From a virus, in the IMG/VR virus record IMGVR_UViG_3300021375_001810: a stretch of 64,000 bases of DNA, one strand, 5' to 3'. Position 1 is the first letter of the stretch; the number at the start of each line of letters is the position of its first letter. The notes below the pieces were generated by a model. That model did not search any database, was not told the DNA's origin, and saw nothing but the letters and a program-made list of their open reading frames with translations. The translations under genes and the position numbers were made by a program. Below, piece by piece: positions 45,829-54,500 of this stretch.

Positions 45829-46413
45829 ATGTATGTATTCGGAAACGGCGAAAGCCGATCAAAAATCAATATAGATTCCTTATCTGGACTAAAGTTTGGA
45901 TGTAATGCTATTATGCGTGATTACCAAATGGACCATTTAGTTTGTGTTGATCGAAGAATGGTTGACGAAGCCGTTAAATCTAACGCAAATCAACATACAA
46001 TAATTTATACCAGAGAAGATTGGATTCAAAGATACGAAGGTATTGAAAGAGTTCGAACAGTTCCTAAGTTACCCTACAACGGAATGACAAGACCCGACCA
46101 ACCGTTTCAGTGGGGGAGCGGACCTTATGCATTACTACTAGCCGCAATGAAGTCAAAAGGCGACATAGTTAGCCTAATAGGTTTTGATTTATATAGTAAA
46201 ACACAAAATGTTAATAATATATACAAAGGTACACCTAACTATGCTAAAGTAGAAAGCAGAAACATTGACCCAAGATATTGGATACATCAAATTGGTATGG
46301 TGTTTAAATGTTTTCCAAAAGTTAAGTTTAATATCTATCAAGATCGTTATTGGGAATTACCAGATTATTGGAATTTTTCCAATATTTCACTTGACAACCT
46401 AAACAATTTGTAA
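45829..46413 (+). CDS. Glycosyltransferase/MptE-like (GNGxSR) protein
   Basis: VFGNGESR, GCNA, LVCVD, WGSG..A, LIGFD. Confidence 0.6.
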   Translation: MYVFGNGESRSKINIDSLSGLKFGCNAIMRDYQMDHLVCVDRRMVDEAVKSNANQHTIIYTREDWIQRYEGIERVRTVPKLPYNGMTRPDQPFQWGSGPYALLLAAMKSKGDIVSLIGFDLYSKTQNVNNIYKGTPNYAKVESRNIDPRYWIHQIGMVFKCFPKVKFNIYQDRYWELPDYWNFSNISLDNLNNL

Positions 46414-46492
46414 TATAATAACTATTATACAGAGGACTTTAATACGTCGACCCTCTTTAAATACTCCGCCGTTATTTATATAGGAGAATAAC
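46391..46492 (+). promoter_or_regulatory. Promoter and structured 5' leader of queD (preQ1-I-like candidate)
   Basis: TTGACA-17-TATAAT; stem AGAGG/CCTCT (46431-46456) followed by TTAAATA. Confidence 0.45.
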
Positions 46493-46972
46493 ATGGCTTA
46501 TTATAGCACTAAAACATACGGACACAACATCGGACTATCAGCGGTGTTCCGTCAACCTAAGGCAATGCATTCACATTGTCATTTACTTCATGGATATAGT
46601 TTACAGTTCAAATTTGTATTTGGATGTTCAGACTTAGATGAGAAAAACTGGGCGGTTGACTTCGGCGGATTGAAGCCGCTAAAGGCTTGGCTCGAAGATA
46701 GTTTTGATCACAAGACAGCAATTGATATTGCAGACCCAGAACTAGAAACTTTTAAAGCATTAGAAGAAAAAGGTCTAGCAGAGATTAGAACTTTTGATGG
46801 TGTTGGTTGTGAGAAGTTCGCATATCACGCATGGAAGTTTGCTGATGAACTTATTAGAGAAATTAGCGATGGACGTTGTTGGTGTGAATCAGCTGAATGT
46901 GCAGAGCATGGTGCTAATAGTGCAATCTATACACCATACTCAGTGCAAAAGATGTCACACGTAGATGGCTAA
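46493..46972 (+). CDS. queD: 6-carboxy-tetrahydropterin / 6-pyruvoyl-tetrahydropterin synthase
   Basis: HC..LHGY, VDFGGLK, FDH, CE.FA, EHGANSA. Confidence 0.88.
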   Translation: MAYYSTKTYGHNIGLSAVFRQPKAMHSHCHLLHGYSLQFKFVFGCSDLDEKNWAVDFGGLKPLKAWLEDSFDHKTAIDIADPELETFKALEEKGLAEIRTFDGVGCEKFAYHAWKFADELIREISDGRCWCESAECAEHGANSAIYTPYSVQKMSHVDG

Positions 46973-47777
46973 GACATATATACCAGGAGAAACAAAGGAG
47001 CAACGTAAAGCCCGTAAAGCAATTGAAAAGGGCCTTGCTACTAAAGTTGTTGCTGAAGAACGTAACACCAGCGACAGACGCTATATCCTTTGTCTAAAGC
47101 ACGGTCAGAAGTACTCTGCAGATTATGTAAACAAGTTATACAATATGACACAGCGTCATTGTACACTTGAACATGAATTTGTTTGTATTACTGAAGACCC
47201 TGCTTACCTCCTTCCTGGCATACAAACTATTCCTTTGCCAAAAGGTCTCGAAGGCTGGTGGAACAAGCCTTACATGTTTTCAAAAGACTTACCTATTAAC
47301 GGCACAATACTTTACTTAGATTTAGATGTTGTAATATCTTCCAATATAGATAAGTTGTTCACATACCAACCTGATCACTGGTGTACTGTTAGAGACTATA
47401 CTAGAGCAATGCGACCAAAGTGGCCTAAATATAACAGTTCTATTGTTAGATTTAAAACAGGACAGTTGGCACATGTATGGGACGAGTTTGAAAAGAATCC
47501 TAAAGAAGTTATGAGACAGCATTTTGGTGATCAAGATTGGTTATATGCTTCTACACGAAAACAACAAGCAATGCTGTATCCAGATAGTTGGACTCAGAGT
47601 TGGAAATGGGAAGTAAGAAAAAGTAGAGATTGGGCACCTGGAGGCAAAAGAGGCAGTCGAACATTTAGACTTATTGAAGATGTAGTTCCAAGAGTTGAAT
47701 GTTGCGTTGTAGTTTTTCATGGTGATCCAAATCCAGAAATGTGTAAAGATCCGTGGGTGGTAGAAAATTGGAAATAA
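46965..47777 (+). CDS. Glycosyltransferase (GT-A fold)
   Basis: K.G.KYS..YVN.L, GWWNK, YLDLDVVI (DxD), NSS, GDQDW, FHG.PNP. Confidence 0.8.
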   Translation: MAKTYIPGETKEQRKARKAIEKGLATKVVAEERNTSDRRYILCLKHGQKYSADYVNKLYNMTQRHCTLEHEFVCITEDPAYLLPGIQTIPLPKGLEGWWNKPYMFSKDLPINGTILYLDLDVVISSNIDKLFTYQPDHWCTVRDYTRAMRPKWPKYNSSIVRFKTGQLAHVWDEFEKNPKEVMRQHFGDQDWLYASTRKQQAMLYPDSWTQSWKWEVRKSRDWAPGGKRGSRTFRLIEDVVPRVECCVVVFHGDPNPEMCKDPWVVENWK

Positions 47778-48478
47778 AGAAACATTATATTTTTGACGTT
47801 GACGGAACACTAACGCCTAGTCGTAGAAAAATAAACGACGACTTTGCAGTGTTCTTTTCAGACTTTTGTGCTAACAATCTTGTATACCTTGTTACAGGTA
47901 GCGATAAAGAAAAAACAATAGAACAAATTGGAGAAGAAATATACAGTTTATGTGAACGTGTATATAACTGTTCAGGCTGTGATGTTTGGGAAGGCGAGTT
48001 TAACGTAAGATCAAAAGAATGGAGTTTGCCAGAAGTAGCAAGAAATTGGTTGCGTAAAGAAATACAATTATCAGAGTTTTGTTTACGTACAGGTAATCAT
48101 ATTGAAGAACGAGCAGGTATGGTTAACTTCAGTACTGTAGGACGCAATGCTACACTAGGTGAACGTAAGTTATATGTAGACTTTGATACAACGACAAACG
48201 AACGTAATAGAATTGCTAGAGAATTCAATTTACAATTTCCAGCAATGGAAGCCAAACCAGGTGGTGAAACAGGTATAGATATATCGCCAGTAGGTTGGGA
48301 TAAGAGCCAAATACTAGTTGATTTTGATCCTAAAGATGAAATATACTTCTTTGGTGATAGAATGGATAAAGATGGAAATGACTATCCACTTAAAAGAGAA
48401 ATCATTGACAAGGACCTAGGAATATGTTATAATATTAACAATTATAACGAAACATGGAATATATTAAAACATCTATGA
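47768..48478 (+). CDS. HAD-superfamily phosphomannomutase-like enzyme
   Basis: FDVDGTLT, LVTGSD, IE.R.GM.NFS..GR, GG..GIDI.P.GWDK, FFGD....GNDY. Confidence 0.85.
   Translation: MEIKKHYIFDVDGTLTPSRRKINDDFAVFFSDFCANNLVYLVTGSDKEKTIEQIGEEIYSLCERVYNCSGCDVWEGEFNVRSKEWSLPEVARNWLRKEIQLSEFCLRTGNHIEERAGMVNFSTVGRNATLGERKLYVDFDTTTNERNRIAREFNLQFPAMEAKPGGETGIDISPVGWDKSQILVDFDPKDEIYFFGDRMDKDGNDYPLKREIIDKDLGICYNINNYNETWNILKHL
48405..48433 (+). promoter_or_regulatory. sigma70-like promoter (perfect consensus)
   Basis: TTGACA-17-TATAAT upstream of the uvsE operon. Confidence 0.75.
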
Positions 48479-48642
48479 TACTAAGACGCATAAAAAACTG
48501 GGCTGATGTATGCAAAGTACACTGGAAAGAAATTATATCTCTTGCTATCGCACTTCACTGGATAATGGATTTACTAATTATTATCCCATTATCATTACTA
48601 ATAGGTTATTTTACCGGAGTACACTTTGGACATGGACACTAA
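48475..48642 (+). CDS. Small membrane protein
   Basis: 55 aa, hydrophobic, His-containing C-terminus. Confidence 0.55.
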   Translation: MILRRIKNWADVCKVHWKEIISLAIALHWIMDLLIIIPLSLLIGYFTGVHFGHGH

Positions 48643-49717
48643 ACGTATAGGCTTTGCATGTAAATTCATGCACAACGACCAAACGCAAAAGAAAAAATTA
48701 CTAGAAGAAATTCAACGACCGCTAAATACTCGTAGCACAACAGTACAGTGGTTGAACAGACAAACACGTGATGTTGCTGAAGAACGCTTGTGGGATATTA
48801 TGGTTCACAATATTGCGTCATACGGAAAGTTAATTGATTATGTGGGAAGCCTTCCTCGAGAGCTTAGAATGGTCAGACTGGGTAGTGATGTACTTCCTGT
48901 TTATACCCAGCATGAGTGGTCTTATTATTGGCGTAAGCCCGATGTGGTTGCATACTGTGAGAAAGAATTTGCAAAAGTCGGACAAAAAGCGAAAGAGCTC
49001 GATGTTAGACTCTCCATGCACCCAGGCCAATTTACAGTCCTTGCTTCGGATAATCCGGAAATAGTAGATAGGAGCGTAGAAGAATTTGAATATCACACCG
49101 ATGTCATACGCTGGATGGGATACGGCAAACAATTCCAAGATTTTAAGTGCAATGTACACATCAGCGGCCGCCAAGGTCCAGCCGGTATCAAAGCAGTCCT
49201 CCCAAGATTATCTCAAGAAGCGAGAAACTGCATTACGATCGAGAACGACGAAATGTCGTGGGGTGTCGACGCAAGCCTCGAACTTGCAGACGACCTTGCA
49301 CTTGTACTCGACATACACCATCACTGGGTCCGTACAGGAGAATACATTCGTCCAACCGACGCTAGATTTGCTCGCATGATAGATTCATGGCGTGGTGTGC
49401 GTCCTGTTATACATTACAGTTACAGTAGAGATGAATGGTTGCCCGAAGGCTTCACACATGAAAGTTTACCTAACATGGAAAACTTACTAGAAGCAGGACA
49501 CAAGAAACAAAAACTAAGAGCCCACAGTGATTGGTATCCTAACAACGAAGCAAATGACTGGGCATTAGAATTTTTAGATTATGCAGACATTATGTGTGAG
49601 AGTAAGATGAAAAATCTTGCCAGCATTGATTTGTATAAATATTATGACGCAAGGAAAGACTATGAGCTATTTGAACAAAATGTACGGGAACAAGGGCGCC
49701 AGCTCGAAACACTCTGA
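48632..49717 (+). CDS. uvsE: UV-damage endonuclease
   Basis: RIGFAC, RLSMHPGQF, TIENDE, LDIHHH, HYS, RAHSD, MCESK. Confidence 0.93.
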   Translation: MDTKRIGFACKFMHNDQTQKKKLLEEIQRPLNTRSTTVQWLNRQTRDVAEERLWDIMVHNIASYGKLIDYVGSLPRELRMVRLGSDVLPVYTQHEWSYYWRKPDVVAYCEKEFAKVGQKAKELDVRLSMHPGQFTVLASDNPEIVDRSVEEFEYHTDVIRWMGYGKQFQDFKCNVHISGRQGPAGIKAVLPRLSQEARNCITIENDEMSWGVDASLELADDLALVLDIHHHWVRTGEYIRPTDARFARMIDSWRGVRPVIHYSYSRDEWLPEGFTHESLPNMENLLEAGHKKQKLRAHSDWYPNNEANDWALEFLDYADIMCESKMKNLASIDLYKYYDARKDYELFEQNVREQGRQLETL

Positions 49718-49961
49718 AAAAGAGTCGACAAAAAATCCTAACCGCGTAGCGGGTGGACTTAAAGGTCAAGGTGTCGACCATTTCACTATGTTAGGTGAAG
49801 ATGGCTCAGAGTTACAAATTCCAAGTCAGCGTTATGTATCTAGTTTGGAAGAACAAATAAGAAAACAGCGAGCAGCCTTAAACGTTCTAGAACGTAAACT
49901 GTCTCGCTGTGAAAAAACCATTGAGCAGCATACAGCTGCTATTGCTAGATCTACTTCTTAG
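49662..49961 (+). CDS. Hypothetical coiled-coil protein
   Basis: TATAAATA at 49634; NPNRVAGGL. Confidence 0.65.
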   Translation: MSYLNKMYGNKGASSKHSEKESTKNPNRVAGGLKGQGVDHFTMLGEDGSELQIPSQRYVSSLEEQIRKQRAALNVLERKLSRCEKTIEQHTAAIARSTS

Positions 49962-50190
49962 AAGCGTTAAATACTTCTTTAACTAAATCGTCTTTCTTTT
50001 TCCTCTTGTCAATTTCTATACCAAATTCTCTACCTTTTTCTTCAAGTTGAGCTTTAGTTAGTTTAACAAGATCTGCTTTTTTTACTGTAGCCTTTTTAGC
50101 TGCTGTCTTTTTAGGTGTTGACATTACCTGGTCTATTACGACAGGTACTGACCCAGCATCACTAAAAAAACTTTTAAGCCATTTAAACAT
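49951..50190 (-). CDS. Small Lys-rich protein (HeH/Rho-N-like nucleic-acid binding)
   Basis: L.KLTKAQLEE.GRE.GIEIDKRKKKDDLV. Confidence 0.65.
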   Translation of the reverse strand: MFKWLKSFFSDAGSVPVVIDQVMSTPKKTAAKKATVKKADLVKLTKAQLEEKGREFGIEIDKRKKKDDLVKEVFNASKK

Positions 50191-50256
50191 AATAATCTCC
50201 ATAATATATATTTCTGGTACATTTATTTATAAATACTAGTACAGGAGATACTAAAA

Positions 50257-50439
50257 ATGGCTAATAGAATGGTTGGAACAAAAAGTTTAAAACTTGATAG
50301 AATTACAGGTTTACGTGCAGATGCACAAAATGGAGTTGGAGTAATGACCAAAGTGCCAGTTATTAAACCTGTAAAATTAAAAGATGAAAAGAGAGATATG
50401 TCTAACGTATCAACTTTTCGAGGAGCAAAAACATCATGA
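50257..50439 (+). CDS. Hypothetical protein
   Basis: TATAAATA at 50228, RBS AGGAG. Confidence 0.65.
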   Translation: MANRMVGTKSLKLDRITGLRADAQNGVGVMTKVPVIKPVKLKDEKRDMSNVSTFRGAKTS

Positions 50440-50603
50440 TTAGAGAATGGATTAAATCACGTTTAGAAGAGCGTACATCTTGGGATGGAGCAATGCTTAT
50501 AGGCGTTGGCGTTATTGTATTAATTGCAGGACCTTTTGCTAAGTTAGCGGCTTATGGCGCTATTGCATACGGTGCTTGGACTATCTGGAAAAGAGAAGAC
50601 TAA
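50436..50603 (+). CDS. Small two-TM membrane protein (55 aa, not in ORF track)
   Basis: MIREWIKSRLEERTSWDGAMLIGVGVIVLIAGPFAKLAAYGAIAYGAWTIWKRED; ATGA coupling. Confidence 0.7.
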   Translation: MIREWIKSRLEERTSWDGAMLIGVGVIVLIAGPFAKLAAYGAIAYGAWTIWKRED

Positions 50604-50605
50604 TA

Positions 50606-50866
50606 ATGGCAACTGAAGACGTTGGTGCATATATCATTGAAATGAACGAATCCGATAACGAACGTGCAACTAATGGCGTTTCAAAAAAGTTATGGAATGT
50701 TGCTATTACTAACAAAGAGACTAACGAAACTATTGAAATAGATGATATCGTTAGTCCTTATGCTAGAGAAAAGTGGTGTGCAACTGTGTTTAAAAATGCT
50801 AAAGAGGGCTTAGATCACGAAGATGGGCCTGATTGCTGTTATGTAACAGCTCGTTACAGATCATAA
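50606..50866 (+). CDS. Hypothetical protein
   Basis: 86 aa after TAATAATG. Confidence 0.6.
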   Translation: MATEDVGAYIIEMNESDNERATNGVSKKLWNVAITNKETNETIEIDDIVSPYAREKWCATVFKNAKEGLDHEDGPDCCYVTARYRS

Positions 50867-51148
50867 TTTACTAATATCTAAATTACTTGAAACGCTCATG
50901 TCCCAAACATGTTTGCGTTCGACTCCCTTTTTCTGTGCAAAAACCTTACTATCACAGTTCTTACATACATGAAAGTAGTTGTTTGTTAACCGCTTAGGGT
51001 CCATACTTCCTCTTGGTCGTTCAAACTCTGTATTACAGTTATCACAACGTAATACTACATGAGTAGACTCTCTAATGTAAGAATGTTTTTTCCCGCATTT
51101 AGAATGCCTTACATGCCGCTTCTTTTGTTTGTATTCTTTTATAAACAT
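50861..51148 (-). CDS. Zinc-finger protein
   Basis: CDNC...HVCKNC. Confidence 0.7.
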   Translation of the reverse strand: MFIKEYKQKKRHVRHSKCGKKHSYIRESTHVVLRCDNCNTEFERPRGSMDPKRLTNNYFHVCKNCDSKVFAQKKGVERKHVWDMSVSSNLDISKL

Positions 51149-51205
51149 AACTATATTTACATTAAGATTATAAAAACTATCGATAAATAACAGTAAGGAG
51201 ACGCA

Positions 51206-51589
51206 ATGATTTTACCTATTACACTCACAAAAAATGCAAAAAACAAAATTAACGAGCTTTGTGCTACTAATGCAGAGCATTTTGGAGTGCATTTAAGCCT
51301 TAAAGGTGGCGGATGTGCTGGTTTTGAATATGACTGGGGTATGATAGTAAAAGAAGATGTTAGTCCAAACGATGAAATTATTAATACAGGTGAAGGAAAT
51401 TTAGTTATAGATTCTATGGCTCACATGTATTTGTTTGATTGTACAATAGATTATGAAACAGATGTATTTCAAACACAATTTGTAATTAATAACCCTAACG
51501 CACAGAGTGCATGTGGGTGTGGAATTAGTGTAAACTTCGACATGGATGCTGTCGAAAAAAATAACGAGAAAATAACGGAGCTCACATAA
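51206..51589 (+). CDS. iscA: Iron-sulfur cluster assembly protein (IscA/HesB family)
   Basis: GGGCAGFEY, NPNA...CGCG.S. Confidence 0.92.
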   Translation: MILPITLTKNAKNKINELCATNAEHFGVHLSLKGGGCAGFEYDWGMIVKEDVSPNDEIINTGEGNLVIDSMAHMYLFDCTIDYETDVFQTQFVINNPNAQSACGCGISVNFDMDAVEKNNEKITELT

Positions 51590-51590
51590 A

Positions 51591-54500
51591 ATGGCACAAG
51601 GTAAACAAGACATTAATATCGGCGTTGAAGGTAATGACGGAACCGGCGATAGTATTAGAGAAGCGTTTAGAAAGGTAAATGATAATTTTACCCAACTATA
51701 TGCTGTATTTGGACAAGGTGGTTCGATATCATTTACTGAATTTAGTGATACTCCAACACTAACACAACTCCAAGAGAATCCTAGTACATTTTCAAGACCT
51801 ACTTTACCAGTAGTAGACGTTGCTGCTGAAGGTAGCAAGTTAGAATTTAGAAAATTAGTTAGTAACAGTTTCCTTGATGCATCTATCGATGATACTGTTA
51901 CATTTAGTTTAACACAAGGCGGTTACATTGTTGTAACAGCGGCTGGCGGACAACTAGAAGAAGACGAAAAACCAAAAATTAATTCAACTGGTGGTGGTAT
52001 TAATGCTTCAGGAAATATTATTGCTGGTATGCCAACCAGTCTTAATGACATTGAAAGTAAATTATCCGTTCTTAATGCTGCACACGATGGTGCAGGATAT
52101 ACAACTGACAGTGTTGCAATATCAAAAGGATTTGCAGATACCAATTATCTAAAGTCAACTGGTGGCGGCACTGGCGCACAAATTAGAGTTCGTACTGAAG
52201 ATCAAATCTTTACAGAAGATTATTCATTCACTATTGATAGTTTTACAGCAGGCGTTGCCAATATTACTGGTAGAACTGTAGACGGAACATTAATTACTGT
52301 TCCAGCAGGTCACGGACTTGATAGTGGTGCTAATGGTTTACCATTTAGATACGAAACTACAGGCACAAGTGCAACAGCAACACCAGCATCAAGTGCCGTT
52401 GCTCAACCACTTACAGATCTAAATCCAGTTTATGTTAGAGTTGCAAGTGCAACATCACTAGAATTTTATGAAAATGCTGAGGCTGCAAAAAATGCTACAG
52501 CAAATAGAAAGATCAGTTTCCAAGCAGGTACTGGTTCGGGAACACAATCACTAGTTGATGCAGAATATCAACCAAGTATACTAGACGGTAAGTTCCTTGC
52601 TAACGAAGCGATGCCTAGAGAGGCTGCACTTAGACGTCAAGGTGACCAAATGGATGGTACACTTTACCTTGACAAGCACCCAGGTGACTTAGCAAACATT
52701 ACAACAGGCTTAGAAGATTTACAAGCCGCTACTAAATTTTATGTAGACAACACAAGTTATGCAAGTAACGTAAACTTGTTTGTTAGTTTACAAGGTGACG
52801 ATAACCAAGTTAATACACCGGCAGGTAAAGAAGGTAGAGCATTAAGTTATGCCTATCGTACACTGAATGCTGCATTACAAAAAGCAGAAGAAATTATTGA
52901 AACAAGTAAGTTGGAACCTGGTCCGTATATGCAGACCATTACTATTAACGATACTACTCCAACTCATGTATTAAGTGGAAACACAAACACACTAGGATTT
53001 AAAGTTCCGGCAACATATAACGGACAACAAACAGCAAACTTTAAAGCATTAATGGATAATAACAAAGCATTTGTTCAAGAAGAAGTTATTGCTTGGACTA
53101 ATGCACAGATTGCAGCAGCTAATGCAGCTGTTAGTTTAGATCCTAATGTTCCAGCAGAAGCAGAATTAATTAAATGGAAAAACTTTACCTACGACGAAGA
53201 TATTTGTAAACGTGATGTAGGATTAATTTACGAAAGTTTAAAACTTGATGTTATTAGTGGTACTAACGCAAACAAACTTTCAAGACAAGCAGGTTTAAGA
53301 TACTATAGTAATGCCAGTGGTGCTATTGCTATTGGGCCACAAAAATCACAAACACTTGCATCAATTGCAAAAGTTGAAGAAATTACTAGACAGTATGTTT
53401 TAACTAATTCGCCATGGCAAGGTGGTGTAGGTAACCCAGGTGTTTATCAAACTGATGTACAGCAGAATGTTGTTGCACCAGGAACGCCAGCACCTGCAGA
53501 TGCTATTGCAAGAGTAGGTGATCTTTTTGATATTATTGAAGGTATTATTAATAACGGTATAAGTGGTGCACCGGTATTACAAGAAGGTTCTGTATACGTA
53601 ATTGAAGTTGACAACGGTGGCAACGGCAACGTATACCAAGGTCAAGCAAGTAACACAGATTTAATTCCAGGTAAGGTTATTACAGGATCTAAGTCAGGTG
53701 CTGTATCAAGAATTGTAAACTATTATAGAGGCGACGAACTAGGCGGAGCAGGCAATGACCAAATTGAACTTCAACTTGAAGAACCAATAGAATTTATTGC
53801 TAGGTCTGATCCGGGTGTTGCTACAGCTGATGATCCAACTTATGAAGCAGGTGATGTACTTGAGTTTGGTAATAAAGTAAGTCAACAAAATATTACAGTA
53901 TTTTTAGAAACTGGTATATTCTACGAAGACTATCCGTTACGTGTTCCAGCAAACGTTTCCATTAAAGGTGACGAATTTAGACGTACACACATTCGACCAA
54001 GAAATCGTGTATCACAGTCAAGATGGGCTAATCAATATTTCCACAGAGACAACTACTTTGATAATATGACACTACACAATCATAGTGTAGAAATTGAAGG
54101 TGAAGTAGAAGTAACATTATCGCAAGCGGTAACTGTTAATATAGGTGATAAGGTTACACAAACTGTTGCAACAGGAACAGCAATTGGTTTTGTACAAGAA
54201 AAGGCAACTAATTCAAACACTATAGTTGTACAATATTTTGACGGGTATGATCCAGTAACTAATAACGGTGTTCCACCAAGCGAAACAGGAAACGGATATG
54301 CTGATGTAGTTCAATTTGATACTGTAGTAAACAACAATATTTCAATTAATAATTCTGTACAAAGCGGAACATACTTAACAACAGCGCCAACACAGTATTC
54401 AAGAGATACAAACTTTGGTTATCATTATGCTCTTGACCCAAGACGCCCAATTAACACTCAGGCGAACAGTGTAGTTAATGCAGGAGGCTATACTAATGCT

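Noticed and set aside
48830-49379. Several alternative-frame ORFs inside uvsE
   Set aside because: Explained by locally higher GC lowering stop frequency; no RBS or recognisable motifs
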